A stretch of DNA of 48,106 nucleotides from Ruthenibacterium sp. (lineage in GTDB: Bacteria > Bacillota > Clostridia > Oscillospirales > Ruminococcaceae), in contig JAVXRV010000002.1 in the NCBI GenBank assembly GCA_036643515.1, positions 1 to 48,106 of the forward strand. Reading direction: 5' to 3'. Below are positions 26,761 to 36,564 of the stretch, piece after piece (the stretch's first letter is position 1; every line of letters begins with the position of its first letter). Under the pieces are notes generated by a model. The model was given only the letters and a program-made list of their open reading frames with translations, was not told the DNA's origin and searched no databases. Both the position numbers and the translations under genes were made by a program.

Positions 26761-28092
26761 CTACTGCAGCGTGCGGTTTTTCCACACGCCTTTGCCGTAA
26801 AACAGCATGGTGAGCGCCGTTGCCATCGTCCAACCGAGCGGCCACGACAGCCAAATGCCTCTTGCGCCAAAAATGGGTGCAAGCACAAACGCGAGAACCA
26901 CGCGCAGCACAAGGTCGGCAAAGGTGGCAATCATAAAACAGGTCATGCTGCCCGCGCCGCGCAGCACACCGTCGGCCATCAGTTTGATGGAGATGAGGAG
27001 AAAAAACGGCGACACGATTTTGAGAAACTCGACGCCGACCTGCAAGGCCTCCGCACTGGGATTCGTCATGAAAATGCCCACCATCTGTGCGCCAAAAAAG
27101 AAATAGGCGACGACAAACGGCACAGCGACACAAAGTGTGAGCACCATTCCGGCGTGAAACCCCTGTTTGACGCGCGTTTGCTTTCCGGCGCCAATATTTT
27201 GCGCCGTGAAATTGGAAAGGCCGCTACCGAGTGTGGAAAAGCCCATAATCGCAAAACCGTTCAGCTTGATGGCCGCCGCATAGCCTGCCACCACGGCAGA
27301 GCCGAACCCATTGACCAATGTTTGAATGAAAAGCTGCCCGACCGAAATAAAACTTTGCTGTAAAATACTCGGCACCGCAATTTTGGCGATGCGCACAAAC
27401 TCACGCTTTGAAAAGCGCGGATACGATGCCACTTGAATGGTTTTGAGGCGGCGATAAAGGGCGAGCGCCGCAAGAACGGACGCGATGCCCTGACACAGAA
27501 ATGTCGCCCACGCAACACCCGCAACGCCCATGTGAAAGCACACGACAAACACGATGTCCATGCCGATATTGGCGAGCGAGGACGCGATGAGAAAACACAG
27601 CGGCGTTTTGGAATCGCCGAGCGCCGTGAACACGCCGTTGCATAAATTATAGAGAAACAGAAAAAACAATCCGCCGACATAAATATTTAAATAAATCATC
27701 GAATCGGCAAAAATATCGTTTGGTGTCGTCATTTGGCGCAAGATGGGCGCGGCTGTTAAAAAGCCGCCGAGCGTGAGCAGTGCCGCCAAAATCAGCGCCG
27801 AAATAAACGATGTGGAGATGGCCGTTTTCATGCGCGAATAATTTTTTGCGCCGAAAAGCTGGCTGATCACAACGCTGCAACCGATATTGCAGCCGGTGGC
27901 GACCGCCATGAAAATCATGGTGACGGGGTACGACGCACCCACGGCCGCGAGCGCACTTTCGCCGATAAATCGTCCGGCGATGACGCTGTCTGCGATGTTG
28001 TAAAGCTGTTGAAATACGACGCTGAGCAGCATCGGCATGGTGAAGCGCCACAATATTTTGGCGGGCGAACCTTGTGTCATATCCGTTGTCAA
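26761..28092 (-). CDS. MATE family efflux transporter
   Basis: DMTQGSP, QQLYNIADS, ALAAVG, GDSKTPL, GVAGVAWAT, AQNIGAG; about 12 TM; TTG start. Confidence 0.93.
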   Translation of the reverse strand: MTTDMTQGSPAKILWRFTMPMLLSVVFQQLYNIADSVIAGRFIGESALAAVGASYPVTMIFMAVATGCNIGCSVVISQLFGAKNYSRMKTAISTSFISALILAALLTLGGFLTAAPILRQMTTPNDIFADSMIYLNIYVGGLFFLFLYNLCNGVFTALGDSKTPLCFLIASSLANIGMDIVFVVCFHMGVAGVAWATFLCQGIASVLAALALYRRLKTIQVASYPRFSKREFVRIAKIAVPSILQQSFISVGQLFIQTLVNGFGSAVVAGYAAAIKLNGFAIMGFSTLGSGLSNFTAQNIGAGKQTRVKQGFHAGMVLTLCVAVPFVVAYFFFGAQMVGIFMTNPSAEALQVGVEFLKIVSPFFLLISIKLMADGVLRGAGSMTCFMIATFADLVLRVVLAFVLAPIFGARGIWLSWPLGWTMATALTMLFYGKGVWKNRTLQ

Positions 28093-28192
28093 ATAGAATC
28101 CCCTTTTCTTCTGCTTTAAAATTTAGCCTTTTAAGTATAAAACTTTTTTCTTCCGTTTGCAAATGAAACAAAAAATTTTTGGAGTGTGCATC

Positions 28193-29191
28193 ATGCCGAA
28201 AAGTGAATTACAAAAACTGAAACTGCTGTATCTGGCAGACATCTTGCAGCGCGAAACAGACGAAACCCACACCTTGCGCGTGCAGGATATGATTGAAAAA
28301 CTGGCGGCGCTTGACATCAAGGCCGAGCGCAAAAGCATCTATGACGATTTGGCGGCGCTTGCGCAATATGGCTATGACATCGTGCGCACACAGGATAAAA
28401 GCATCCATTATGCCTTGGCGCACCGCGATTTTGAGTTGCCGGAACTGAAGCTTTTGGTGGATGCGGTGCAATCGAGCAAGTTTTTATCCGCCAAAAAAAG
28501 CCGCGAGCTGATTCACAAACTGGAGGGCCTTGCAAGCCGCTATGAGGCGCAGGCACTGCAGCGGCAGGTGTATGTGACGCATCGCGTGAAAAGCATGAAC
28601 GAAAGCGTTTATTACAGCATCGACACACTGCACACCGCCATCAATGCCGACCGGCAAATTACATTTCAATATTTTGAATGGACCGTGCAAAAAACAATGG
28701 CATTTAAACACGGCGGCGCCGTTTATACCATTTCGCCGTATGCACTGATACGCGATGACGAAAATTATTATTTCATCGGATATGACGCCGCAGCGGATAA
28801 AATCAAAAATTATCGCGTGGACAAAATGCATGGCATTGCCGTGACGGACACCGTGCGCACCGGCAAAAAATATTTTAAAAATTTTGATATGGCGGCCTAT
28901 ACGCAAAAAATGTTCGGTATGTTTGGCGGCACAGAAGAAGCGGTGGAAATTGTGTTTGCAAACCGGCTGGCCGGTGTGGTGCTTGACCGCTTTGGCAAAG
29001 ACTGTACGCTGTTTTCCATTGATGATACGCACTTTAAAATACATATCAAGGCGGTGGTGTCGCCACTTTTTCTCGGTTGGGTGGCCGGTTTTGGCGCAGA
29101 GGCACGCATTATTGCACCGCAAAGCGTGGCCGACCAATTGATGGCTCTGTGCAAAAATACGCTGGCACAATATTCGCAGGGCGATTTATAG
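28193..29191 (+). CDS. WYL-domain transcriptional regulator (wHTH-WYL-WCX)
   Basis: KLKLLYL, ERKSIYDD, ELKLLVDAVQSS, SPYAL...YYFIG...YRVDKM, DRFG, W..GFG...IIAP. Confidence 0.92.
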   Translation: MPKSELQKLKLLYLADILQRETDETHTLRVQDMIEKLAALDIKAERKSIYDDLAALAQYGYDIVRTQDKSIHYALAHRDFELPELKLLVDAVQSSKFLSAKKSRELIHKLEGLASRYEAQALQRQVYVTHRVKSMNESVYYSIDTLHTAINADRQITFQYFEWTVQKTMAFKHGGAVYTISPYALIRDDENYYFIGYDAAADKIKNYRVDKMHGIAVTDTVRTGKKYFKNFDMAAYTQKMFGMFGGTEEAVEIVFANRLAGVVLDRFGKDCTLFSIDDTHFKIHIKAVVSPLFLGWVAGFGAEARIIAPQSVADQLMALCKNTLAQYSQGDL

Positions 29192-29268
29192 GACAGTGAA
29201 TTTGCTATACTGAATACATCGAACAGACACGGGGATTTTCCCGATGGAATGAAAGGATGTGCTTTTGT

Positions 29269-29400
29269 ATGGTACGCATGGCAAATTTGGCGCCGCAGGG
29301 CGTTTTTGAGGAAGAAGAAATGGCAGTTTTCGCTTGGGAGGAAATGCCATACGAACGACATTTTGACGATTATACGCGTAATTATGAAGATGTGGCTTGA
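29269..29400 (+). CDS. Small acidic hypothetical protein, 43 aa
   Basis: MVRMANLAPQGVFEEEEMAVFAWEEMPYERHFDDYTRNYEDVA; SD AAAGGATGTG, extended -10 TGCTATACT (29203-29211), terminator downstream. Confidence 0.55.
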   Translation: MVRMANLAPQGVFEEEEMAVFAWEEMPYERHFDDYTRNYEDVA

Positions 29401-29424
29401 TGATATGACATCGACCGGCATCAA

Positions 29425-29457
29425 AAAAATGCTTGGACATTTTGTCCAAGCATTTTT
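29425..29457. terminator. Bidirectional terminator
   Basis: AAAAATGCTTGGACA-ttt-TGTCCAAGCATTTTT. Confidence 0.8.
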
Positions 29458-29459
29458 AT

Positions 29460-29981
29460 TTAGCAATACCATGCGGGCAGCAATTGCGGCGCGCCAAGCA
29501 ATAGAATGTTTTTGCGGATGCCAAGCACGCGAAAAAGATGTGCCATTTCGAGCGTGGCCGCAATTTTGTCGGCGGCGCTGACGAGGTAGCTCTCTTTAAA
29601 CGCGGGCAGCGGACGCGTGAGCGGCCACATGTGTTTTACGATGATGTCGGCCTCTTTGTCTGACAAGTCAAACACCTTTGCGTTTTGCAGCGCGAGATGC
29701 GGATGCAGCCAAAGACGCTCAAATCGGCCGACATCGGTGTCCTCCCAATGCTGCAAATACAAATCATGCAGTAGGCCGGCACGCGCTGCCGCACGGTAAT
29801 CAAGCCCGAGCATGCGGCAGAATGTAAAGCTTAAATACGAAACGAACATGCAGTGGTCATAGCAACTGACGCCTTTGACATGCTGCGGAATGTCGCGCAT
29901 GGACATCACAGCAGCGTCGTTTTCAAGCCCCTCGAGGCAAGCGTCAAACAGCGCGCGGTGGGTACTTTTCCACATGGGCAT
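29460..29981 (-). CDS. HD-domain phosphohydrolase
   Basis: QH...HC..VS, AGLLHDL, HP..AL, HMWP, ADK. Start uncertain (29984/29981/29975). Confidence 0.88.
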   Translation of the reverse strand: MPMWKSTHRALFDACLEGLENDAAVMSMRDIPQHVKGVSCYDHCMFVSYLSFTFCRMLGLDYRAAARAGLLHDLYLQHWEDTDVGRFERLWLHPHLALQNAKVFDLSDKEADIIVKHMWPLTRPLPAFKESYLVSAADKIAATLEMAHLFRVLGIRKNILLLGAPQLLPAWYC

Positions 29982-30036
29982 CACGGCCTTTCTGATTGTT
30001 TTATAAATTGTTGATACTTCTATAACGAGGCGGAGA

Positions 30037-30717
30037 TTAAATTTTTTTCAACATTGATATGCAAATTTTTGCGGCAGTGGTACAATAGGCGCTGATGTCG
30101 AACAGCGTTTCGTGCGCGTTTTCGTTGGCGTCGTCGCTCATGGCACGCAAAACAACACATGGAACGTCATTTTTTGCGGCGATGTGCGCCACAGCCGCGC
30201 CCTCCATCTCCACACAGTCGGGCGCACATTTTGCGACGATGGCCGCCTTGGTTGCGCCATCGCCCACAAAATCGTCGCCTGTGGCGATTTTGCCGACAAG
30301 ATAACGCACGCCGTTTGCCTCGCACGCGGCTTTCGCGGCGGCGATTAAATCAGCATCGCCCTCAAATATTTGCCGGTGCGGATAGCTTTCGGCAATCATG
30401 CGGCAATGCGCATCGTGATAAAGCAGTGTTTCGCCGATGACGACATCGCCCACGCTAATTTTATCGGTCATATTTCCCGCGATTCCGCTGAAAATCACCG
30501 CGTCACAGTGAAAATGCGTGGCCAAAAGCTGTGTGGCTGCGGCGGCGTTGGCCTTGCCCATGCCCGCACAACAGAGAACGACGTTTTTGGCGGCAAAATT
30601 GCCGCAGTGAAATTCCACCCCGCCGATTTTCTCGGTCGTGCGATTTTGCAATTGTGCGTTGATATGTTCTATTTCGTCCGGCATTGCGCCGAGAATGCCA
30701 ATCATTTGATAAGACAT
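30037..30717 (-). CDS. mtnN: 5'-methylthioadenosine/S-adenosylhomocysteine nucleosidase
   Basis: IGILGAMPDEI, GMGKANAA, GIAG, VEMEGAAVA, RAMSD. Confidence 0.92.
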   Translation of the reverse strand: MSYQMIGILGAMPDEIEHINAQLQNRTTEKIGGVEFHCGNFAAKNVVLCCAGMGKANAAAATQLLATHFHCDAVIFSGIAGNMTDKISVGDVVIGETLLYHDAHCRMIAESYPHRQIFEGDADLIAAAKAACEANGVRYLVGKIATGDDFVGDGATKAAIVAKCAPDCVEMEGAAVAHIAAKNDVPCVVLRAMSDDANENAHETLFDISAYCTTAAKICISMLKKI

Positions 30718-30733
30718 CTTGTTTCCTTTCCTG

Positions 30734-31834
30734 TTACACATTGAAGCGGAACAACGTGACATCGCCGTCTTTCATGACGTACTCTTTGCCCTCGCTGCGC
30801 ACAAGGCCTTTTTCTTTGGCCACGGCGATGGAGCCGCACGCCATCAAATCGTCGAACGCGACAATCTCGGCACGGATGAAGCCGCGCTCAAAATCGGAGT
30901 GGATTTTGCCGGCCGCCTGCGGCGCTTTGGTGCCGTTTGTGATGGTCCACGCGCGCACTTCCGGCTCACCCGCCGTCAAAAAGCTGATGAGCCCGAGCAA
31001 ACGGTATCCCTCGCGGATTAAATTGTCAAGGCCGCTGTCGGAAAGGCCGAGTTCTGCCAAAAATTCTTTCTTTTCGGCCGGTGTATAGGAGGCGATGTCC
31101 TCCTCAATTTTGGCACAAATCGGCATACAGCCTGCGCCCTCGTCGGCGGCAATTTTTTGCACCACGGGAAAATAGACATTGCTTTCCATGCCGCCGAGCA
31201 AATCGTCCTCCGACAAATTGGCCGCGTAAATGACGGGTTTGCCCGACAATAACGGCAAATCGGCCATGATTTCAGCCTCGGCTTCGCCCGTGACGGGGAA
31301 TGTACGCGCGTTTTTGCCGTCGCTCAAATATGCCGCCAATTTTTCGAGAAACGCACTTTCGGCCGCGAGTGCTTTGTCGCCGCTTTTCATGGCTTTGCGC
31401 GCGCGGTCAAGGCGGCGCTCCACAATTTCCATATCGCTCAAAATCAGCTCTAAATCGATGGTTTCGATGTCGCGTGCGGGGTCAACACTGCCCTCCACAT
31501 GAATGATATCGGTGGAATCAAAACAGCGCACGACGTGGATAATCGCGTCCACCTCGCGGATATGGCTCAAAAATTTATTGCCGAGTCCCTCGCCCTTGCT
31601 TGCGCCCTTGACAAGGCCGGCGATGTCTACAAATTCAATGATGGCGGGCGTATATTTTTTCGGATGATACAGCTCGGCCAGCGCGTCAAGGCGCGCGTCC
31701 GGCACAGGCACCACGCCCACATTCGGCTCAATGGTGCAGAACGGATAATTTGCCGCGCCGGCACCCGCATTGGTAATCGCATTGAACAGCGTGCTTTTGC
31801 CCACGTTTGGCAGGCCTACAATCCCAAGTTTCAT
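30734..31834 (-). CDS. ychF: Redox-regulated ATPase YchF
   Basis: GIVGLPNVGKST, NYPFCTIEPN, DIAGLVKGASKGEGLGNKFL, IHSDFERGFIRAE, FRFNV. Confidence 0.97.
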   Translation of the reverse strand: MKLGIVGLPNVGKSTLFNAITNAGAGAANYPFCTIEPNVGVVPVPDARLDALAELYHPKKYTPAIIEFVDIAGLVKGASKGEGLGNKFLSHIREVDAIIHVVRCFDSTDIIHVEGSVDPARDIETIDLELILSDMEIVERRLDRARKAMKSGDKALAAESAFLEKLAAYLSDGKNARTFPVTGEAEAEIMADLPLLSGKPVIYAANLSEDDLLGGMESNVYFPVVQKIAADEGAGCMPICAKIEEDIASYTPAEKKEFLAELGLSDSGLDNLIREGYRLLGLISFLTAGEPEVRAWTITNGTKAPQAAGKIHSDFERGFIRAEIVAFDDLMACGSIAVAKEKGLVRSEGKEYVMKDGDVTLFRFNV

Positions 31835-31982
31835 AAAAATGAGTCCTCTTTCGTTTCTATCGTTATTGTTTTATTATAATACATTTAAGGCAAAAATGCA
31901 AAAGCGTATAAAAGACTTTTTTTATACACAATTATGGCGTATAATATAAGAAATATAGGAATAATTTGATAGGAGAATCGCT

Positions 31983-32675
31983 ATGGCCAACGAAAAAATT
32001 CTCATTGTGGACGACGATAAAAATATCTGCGAATTGCTGCGCCTTTATCTTGTGAAAGAAGGCTATGAATGCAGCCTTGCGCATGACGGCGAAGCCGCGC
32101 TCGCGGCGTTTGAAGCGCAAAAGCCGAAGCTTGTTTTGCTGGATGTGATGATGCCCAAAATGGACGGTTGGGAAACCTGCCGTAAAATACGTGCCATCGA
32201 CAATACCCCTGTGATTATGCTGACGGCCAAGGGCGAAACTTTTGACAAAGTGCTTGGGCTTGAGCTTGGCGCCGATGATTATGTGGTGAAGCCGTTTGAC
32301 ACCAAAGAAGTTGTCGCGCGCATCAAGGCCGTTTTGCGCCGTGCTCTGCCTGCGCCGGATGCCGCAAACGGCAACGTGATTGTGTACGACAAGCTGTCGG
32401 TGGATTTATCGCGCTATGAGCTGAAAGTAGACGGAAAAACAGTCGATGCACCGCCAAAAGAACTGGAACTTTTGTATTATCTCGCAAGCCACCCGAACCG
32501 CGTGTTCACGCGCGACCAACTTTTGGACGAGGTGTGGGGGTTTGAATATTATGGCGATTCGCGCACGATTGACGTGCACGTAAAACGTCTGCGCGAAAAA
32601 TTAGAGGACACTTCTGACGCATGGACGCTGAAAACCGTGTGGGGCGTTGGGTATAAATTTGAAGTAAAAGAGTAG
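31983..32675 (+). CDS. OmpR/PhoB family response regulator
   Basis: VDDD, LDVMMP, MLTAK, GADDYVVKPF, RTIDVHVKRLREK, TVWGVGYKF. Confidence 0.95.
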   Translation: MANEKILIVDDDKNICELLRLYLVKEGYECSLAHDGEAALAAFEAQKPKLVLLDVMMPKMDGWETCRKIRAIDNTPVIMLTAKGETFDKVLGLELGADDYVVKPFDTKEVVARIKAVLRRALPAPDAANGNVIVYDKLSVDLSRYELKVDGKTVDAPPKELELLYYLASHPNRVFTRDQLLDEVWGFEYYGDSRTIDVHVKRLREKLEDTSDAWTLKTVWGVGYKFEVKE

Positions 32676-32713
32676 CGACAAGAGGGTTTTCGCAAAGCAA
32701 AGGGGTATGTTCT

Positions 32714-34189
32714 GTGAGAAAAAGTATTACAACACGCTATTTTTACTCCACGGCTATTTTGTTGCTTTGCAGCATTGCCGTGATGGGGTTTGTTCAGCTA
32801 TATCTTTCGATGGGCTATTTTCGCACCTCCAACAACGAGGTATTGCTCGGCACCATTGACAACACCACCCGCATTTTGCAGGAATCAAAATTGGTGGACG
32901 GCGGCAAAACCGACCCCGCCGCAGCCAGTACGGTGGCACGCGAAATTTTAATCACCGCGCGCGCAAGCGGCAACTTGATTTTTGTAACAGACCCCTATGG
33001 CATTACTTTGCTGTGCAACGACGGCGTAAACAGCGCATATCAAGGCAGGCAGTTTCCAGAAAAAGCACTTAATATCGCTTTTAGTCAAGGCGAATACACC
33101 GAGCTTGGCACCTTAAACGGTTTTTTTGACACGCGCTTTTATGCCGCGGGAAAACCGCTTTTGGGCGAGGACGGCAAGTTGGCCGGCTTTATCTTTGCCG
33201 CGACGAACGCAACCGGTCTTGGCGAATATATTTCAAATATGTTTTCCACTTTTATTTTGTCGGCCGGACTGATGCTGATGGTGTCGAGCGTGCTTTCCAT
33301 CGTGCTCACCGCGCGCATGACAACGCCGCTGCGCCGCATTGCCGAGGCCGCAAAACGTTTCGGCAACAGCGATTTTTCGTCGCGCGTGCCGGTGGAGGGC
33401 GACGACGAAGTGGCACAGCTTGCCGTGACGTTCAACAATATGGCGAGCAGTCTTGAAAAAATAGATTCGAGCCGACGCAGTTTTATGGGCAATATCGCAC
33501 ACGAACTGCGCACGCCGATGACCTCCATCAAAGGCTTCATCGATGGCATGCTTGACGGCACCATTCCGCTTGAAAATCATGAACACTACCTCGGCATTGT
33601 GTCACAGGAAGTGGGGCGGCTGACGCGGCTGATTAAAAATATGCTGGACATCACCAAACTGGAGGCCGGCGAATATAAAGTAAATGCCGGAAATTATGAC
33701 GTTTGGGAAACCATTACGGGCGTTGTGTTTGGCGCAGAACAGCGGCTTGAGGCAAATCATATTCAAATCAGCGGCTTTGCGCCTGTAAAAACCATGGTGT
33801 ATGCCGACGCTGACCTTGTGTATCAGGTGATGCAAAACTTGATGGACAATGCCATTAAATTTTGCGATGAGGGCGGCGAAATTCGGTTTACCGTCACGCA
33901 AAGCAAAGGCGTTGTGACCGTGGGTGTGCGCAACACCGGCGTGGGCATTGCCGCAGACGCGCTGCCCTTTGTGTTTGACCGCTTTTACAAAGAGGACAAA
34001 AGCCGCGGGCTGAACACCACCGGCAGTGGCCTTGGGCTGCACATCTGCAAGGTGCTCATCAGCCTTTCGGGCGGCAATTTGTGGGTCGCAAGCAAAGAGG
34101 GCGAATACTGCGAGTTTTTATTCACGCTACCTGCCGAAAAGAAAAAGCCGGCCGAACCGAGCGGCACCGTGAAACAAGACGCATTTTAG
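32714..34189 (+). CDS. HAMP-domain sensor histidine kinase
   Basis: Two TM, HAMP, AHELRTPM (H box), NLMDNAIKF, NTGVGI, FDRFYK, GSGLGL. Confidence 0.95.
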   Translation: MRKSITTRYFYSTAILLLCSIAVMGFVQLYLSMGYFRTSNNEVLLGTIDNTTRILQESKLVDGGKTDPAAASTVAREILITARASGNLIFVTDPYGITLLCNDGVNSAYQGRQFPEKALNIAFSQGEYTELGTLNGFFDTRFYAAGKPLLGEDGKLAGFIFAATNATGLGEYISNMFSTFILSAGLMLMVSSVLSIVLTARMTTPLRRIAEAAKRFGNSDFSSRVPVEGDDEVAQLAVTFNNMASSLEKIDSSRRSFMGNIAHELRTPMTSIKGFIDGMLDGTIPLENHEHYLGIVSQEVGRLTRLIKNMLDITKLEAGEYKVNAGNYDVWETITGVVFGAEQRLEANHIQISGFAPVKTMVYADADLVYQVMQNLMDNAIKFCDEGGEIRFTVTQSKGVVTVGVRNTGVGIAADALPFVFDRFYKEDKSRGLNTTGSGLGLHICKVLISLSGGNLWVASKEGEYCEFLFTLPAEKKKPAEPSGTVKQDAF

Positions 34190-34201
34190 GAGGAGGGTCA
34201 C

Positions 34202-35395
34202 ATGCAGGAAATACAGCCGTATTCTTATACAGATTTATACAAAGACAACCCGCCGCCGTTGCCGCCGCACAGCAAATTGCCGCTGATTCTCACGGCCGTT
34301 TTGCTTGTTATGGCGCTTTTTGTGTTTTTATGTGGCGAATTTGCGGGGCATGTTGTGCGTCGCGTTGTGACGACAACACCGTCGTCTGCGCCTGTCGTCA
34401 CAAATAATGTGCCTGCCAAAGACGTTCCGGCGCAGTTTGGTTTGGCGGAAGTGCCTGAAAAAACAGACGGTTTGCCCACAACGGAAATTGCAAAAACAGT
34501 AGGGCCGAGTGTGGTTGGCATCGAAGTTTACGACGCGCAACACATCGACGCCATCGGTGCGGGCAGCGGCATCATCATGAACACCGACGGCTATATCATC
34601 ACCAACGCACATGTGGTGGAAAACACCGCCGCGCTCACGGTTTTGTTGGCAGACGGGCGAAAGGCAGACGCAAAAGTGATTGGCGCGGACGCGCAAACGG
34701 ATTTGGCCGTGTTGCAGATTGATTTAGACGGCTTGACACCGGCTGTGTTCGGTAGCTCTGACGCGCTTGAAACCGGCGAACGCGCCATCGCGATTGGCAA
34801 CACGGCAGGCGAATTTTCCGGCAGCGTAACGCAGGGCATCATCTCGGGTTTGCACCGTAAAATCAAGATACGTGCGCCGAGCGGCGACGTTGCAACGCTC
34901 GATTTGATTCAAACAGATGCCGCCATCAATCCCGGAAATTCCGGCGGCGCACTGGTTAACCGGTTTGGGCAAGTCGTTGGCATCAACTCCTCCAAACTGA
35001 TCAATGTCGATTATGAGGGCATCGGCTTTGCCATTCCCATCAACGGCGCAAAACCGATTTTGGAAAGCTTGATTGCAAACGGCCGTGTGCCCGGACGCGC
35101 GGTGCTTGGCATCACAGTGATTGCCCTCTCCCCTGCCACGGGCGCGGCGAACGATTTGCCCATACAGGGCCTGTATATTTCAGAAATGGCGCCCGAAAGC
35201 GCTTTGCTCGCGCATGACATTACGGTGGGCGATGTGATTTTGACGGCAGACGGCACAGTACTGAAAAAAACAGAGGATTTGACCGAACTTTTAAAGACAA
35301 AAAAGCCGGGCGATGCCCTTGTTTTGACCATTCATAAACGCGGCAGCGGCAAGGAAATCAGCGTGGACGTCGTTTTGATAGAGAGTACAAACTAG
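34202..35395 (+). CDS. htrA: HtrA/DegP family serine protease with PDZ domain
   Basis: TM, GSGII, TNAHVV, DLAV, TDAAINPGNSGGAL, C-terminal PDZ. Confidence 0.93.
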   Translation: MQEIQPYSYTDLYKDNPPPLPPHSKLPLILTAVLLVMALFVFLCGEFAGHVVRRVVTTTPSSAPVVTNNVPAKDVPAQFGLAEVPEKTDGLPTTEIAKTVGPSVVGIEVYDAQHIDAIGAGSGIIMNTDGYIITNAHVVENTAALTVLLADGRKADAKVIGADAQTDLAVLQIDLDGLTPAVFGSSDALETGERAIAIGNTAGEFSGSVTQGIISGLHRKIKIRAPSGDVATLDLIQTDAAINPGNSGGALVNRFGQVVGINSSKLINVDYEGIGFAIPINGAKPILESLIANGRVPGRAVLGITVIALSPATGAANDLPIQGLYISEMAPESALLAHDITVGDVILTADGTVLKKTEDLTELLKTKKPGDALVLTIHKRGSGKEISVDVVLIESTN

Positions 35396-35470
35396 CGCGA
35401 ATTTACGCGACATCGTTGCGTTTTTGAGATTTTGCGGTACAATAGAATCAAAATATGTGGAGGAAGCAAC

Positions 35471-36538
35471 ATGGATTTGCAAGAAATATTTCAGTTTGCG
35501 GCCGAAAAATCGGCATCTGATATTTTTATTGTGGCGGGGGCACCCATCACCGTCAAGGCGTATGGCCGGCCAAACCCGATGGGCGACGCGCTGAGCGCGG
35601 AAGAATGCGCCATTGCCGTGGAAACATTGTATACGCTTGCCGAGCGCGACGACACACGGCTGCACGACACCGGCGACGACGATTTCGGCTTGGAAATCAC
35701 CGGTGTAACACGGTTTCGTGTGAGCGCCTATCGCCAAAAAAACAGCTATGCCGCCACGATGCGTCTGATTCCGAATACCTTGCCCAACCCGCAAAAACTC
35801 GCCATTCCGCAATGTGTGATGGATTTGGCGACGCGGCAAAAAGGGCTTGTGCTCGTGACCGGCACAACCGGCAGCGGCAAATCGACCACGCTTGCCTGTG
35901 TGATTGACGCCATCAACAAAACACGCACAGGGCATATCATCACGATTGAAGACCCAATTGAATATGTGCATCCGCACAACAAAAGCGTCGTCAGTCAACG
36001 TGAAATTGAGCGCGACACCGAAACGTATTTGTCGGCACTGCGCGCGTGCTTACGGCAGGCGCCCGACGTGATTCTCGTGGGCGAAATGCGCGATTATGAA
36101 ACCATTTCCGTTGCCTTGACGGCGGCAGAAACAGGCCATCTTGTGTTTTCGACCCTACACACCATTGGCGCGGCATCCACCATCGACCGTATCATCGACG
36201 TGTTTCCGGGCGACCGGCAAAACCAGATTCGCTCGCAGACAAGCATGGTGCTGCAATCGGTTATTTCGCAGCAGCTTGTGCCGACTGTGGACGGAAAGCT
36301 CGTGGCAGCGTATGAAATTATGCACTGCAACAACGCCGTGCGCAATTTGATTCGCGAGGGAAAAACGCATCAGCTCGACAATATTATTTCGCTGTCGGCA
36401 AACGAGGGCATGATTGGCATGGACACAAGTTTGCTGAATCTTTATACAAGTGGACGCATTACCGCTGAAAACGCGATACGCTATGCGGTGTTGCCCGACA
36501 TGATGCGCCGTCGGCTTGCGCCGGGCGGCGCGGTGTAG
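35471..36538 (+). CDS. pilT: Type IV pilus retraction ATPase PilT
   Basis: ASDIF, GTTGSGKST, TIEDPIE, QRE, LRQAPDVILVGEMRD, TGHLVFSTLHT, AVRNLIRE. Confidence 0.93.
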   Translation: MDLQEIFQFAAEKSASDIFIVAGAPITVKAYGRPNPMGDALSAEECAIAVETLYTLAERDDTRLHDTGDDDFGLEITGVTRFRVSAYRQKNSYAATMRLIPNTLPNPQKLAIPQCVMDLATRQKGLVLVTGTTGSGKSTTLACVIDAINKTRTGHIITIEDPIEYVHPHNKSVVSQREIERDTETYLSALRACLRQAPDVILVGEMRDYETISVALTAAETGHLVFSTLHTIGAASTIDRIIDVFPGDRQNQIRSQTSMVLQSVISQQLVPTVDGKLVAAYEIMHCNNAVRNLIREGKTHQLDNIISLSANEGMIGMDTSLLNLYTSGRITAENAIRYAVLPDMMRRRLAPGGAV

Positions 36539-36564
36539 GCCACAAAACGAGAGGGGGAAATGCA

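Noticed and set aside
29249-29581. 110-aa plus-strand ORF after the WYL gene
   Set aside because: No SD, runs through the terminator into the HD gene; the 43-aa frame has the SD and fits the unit.
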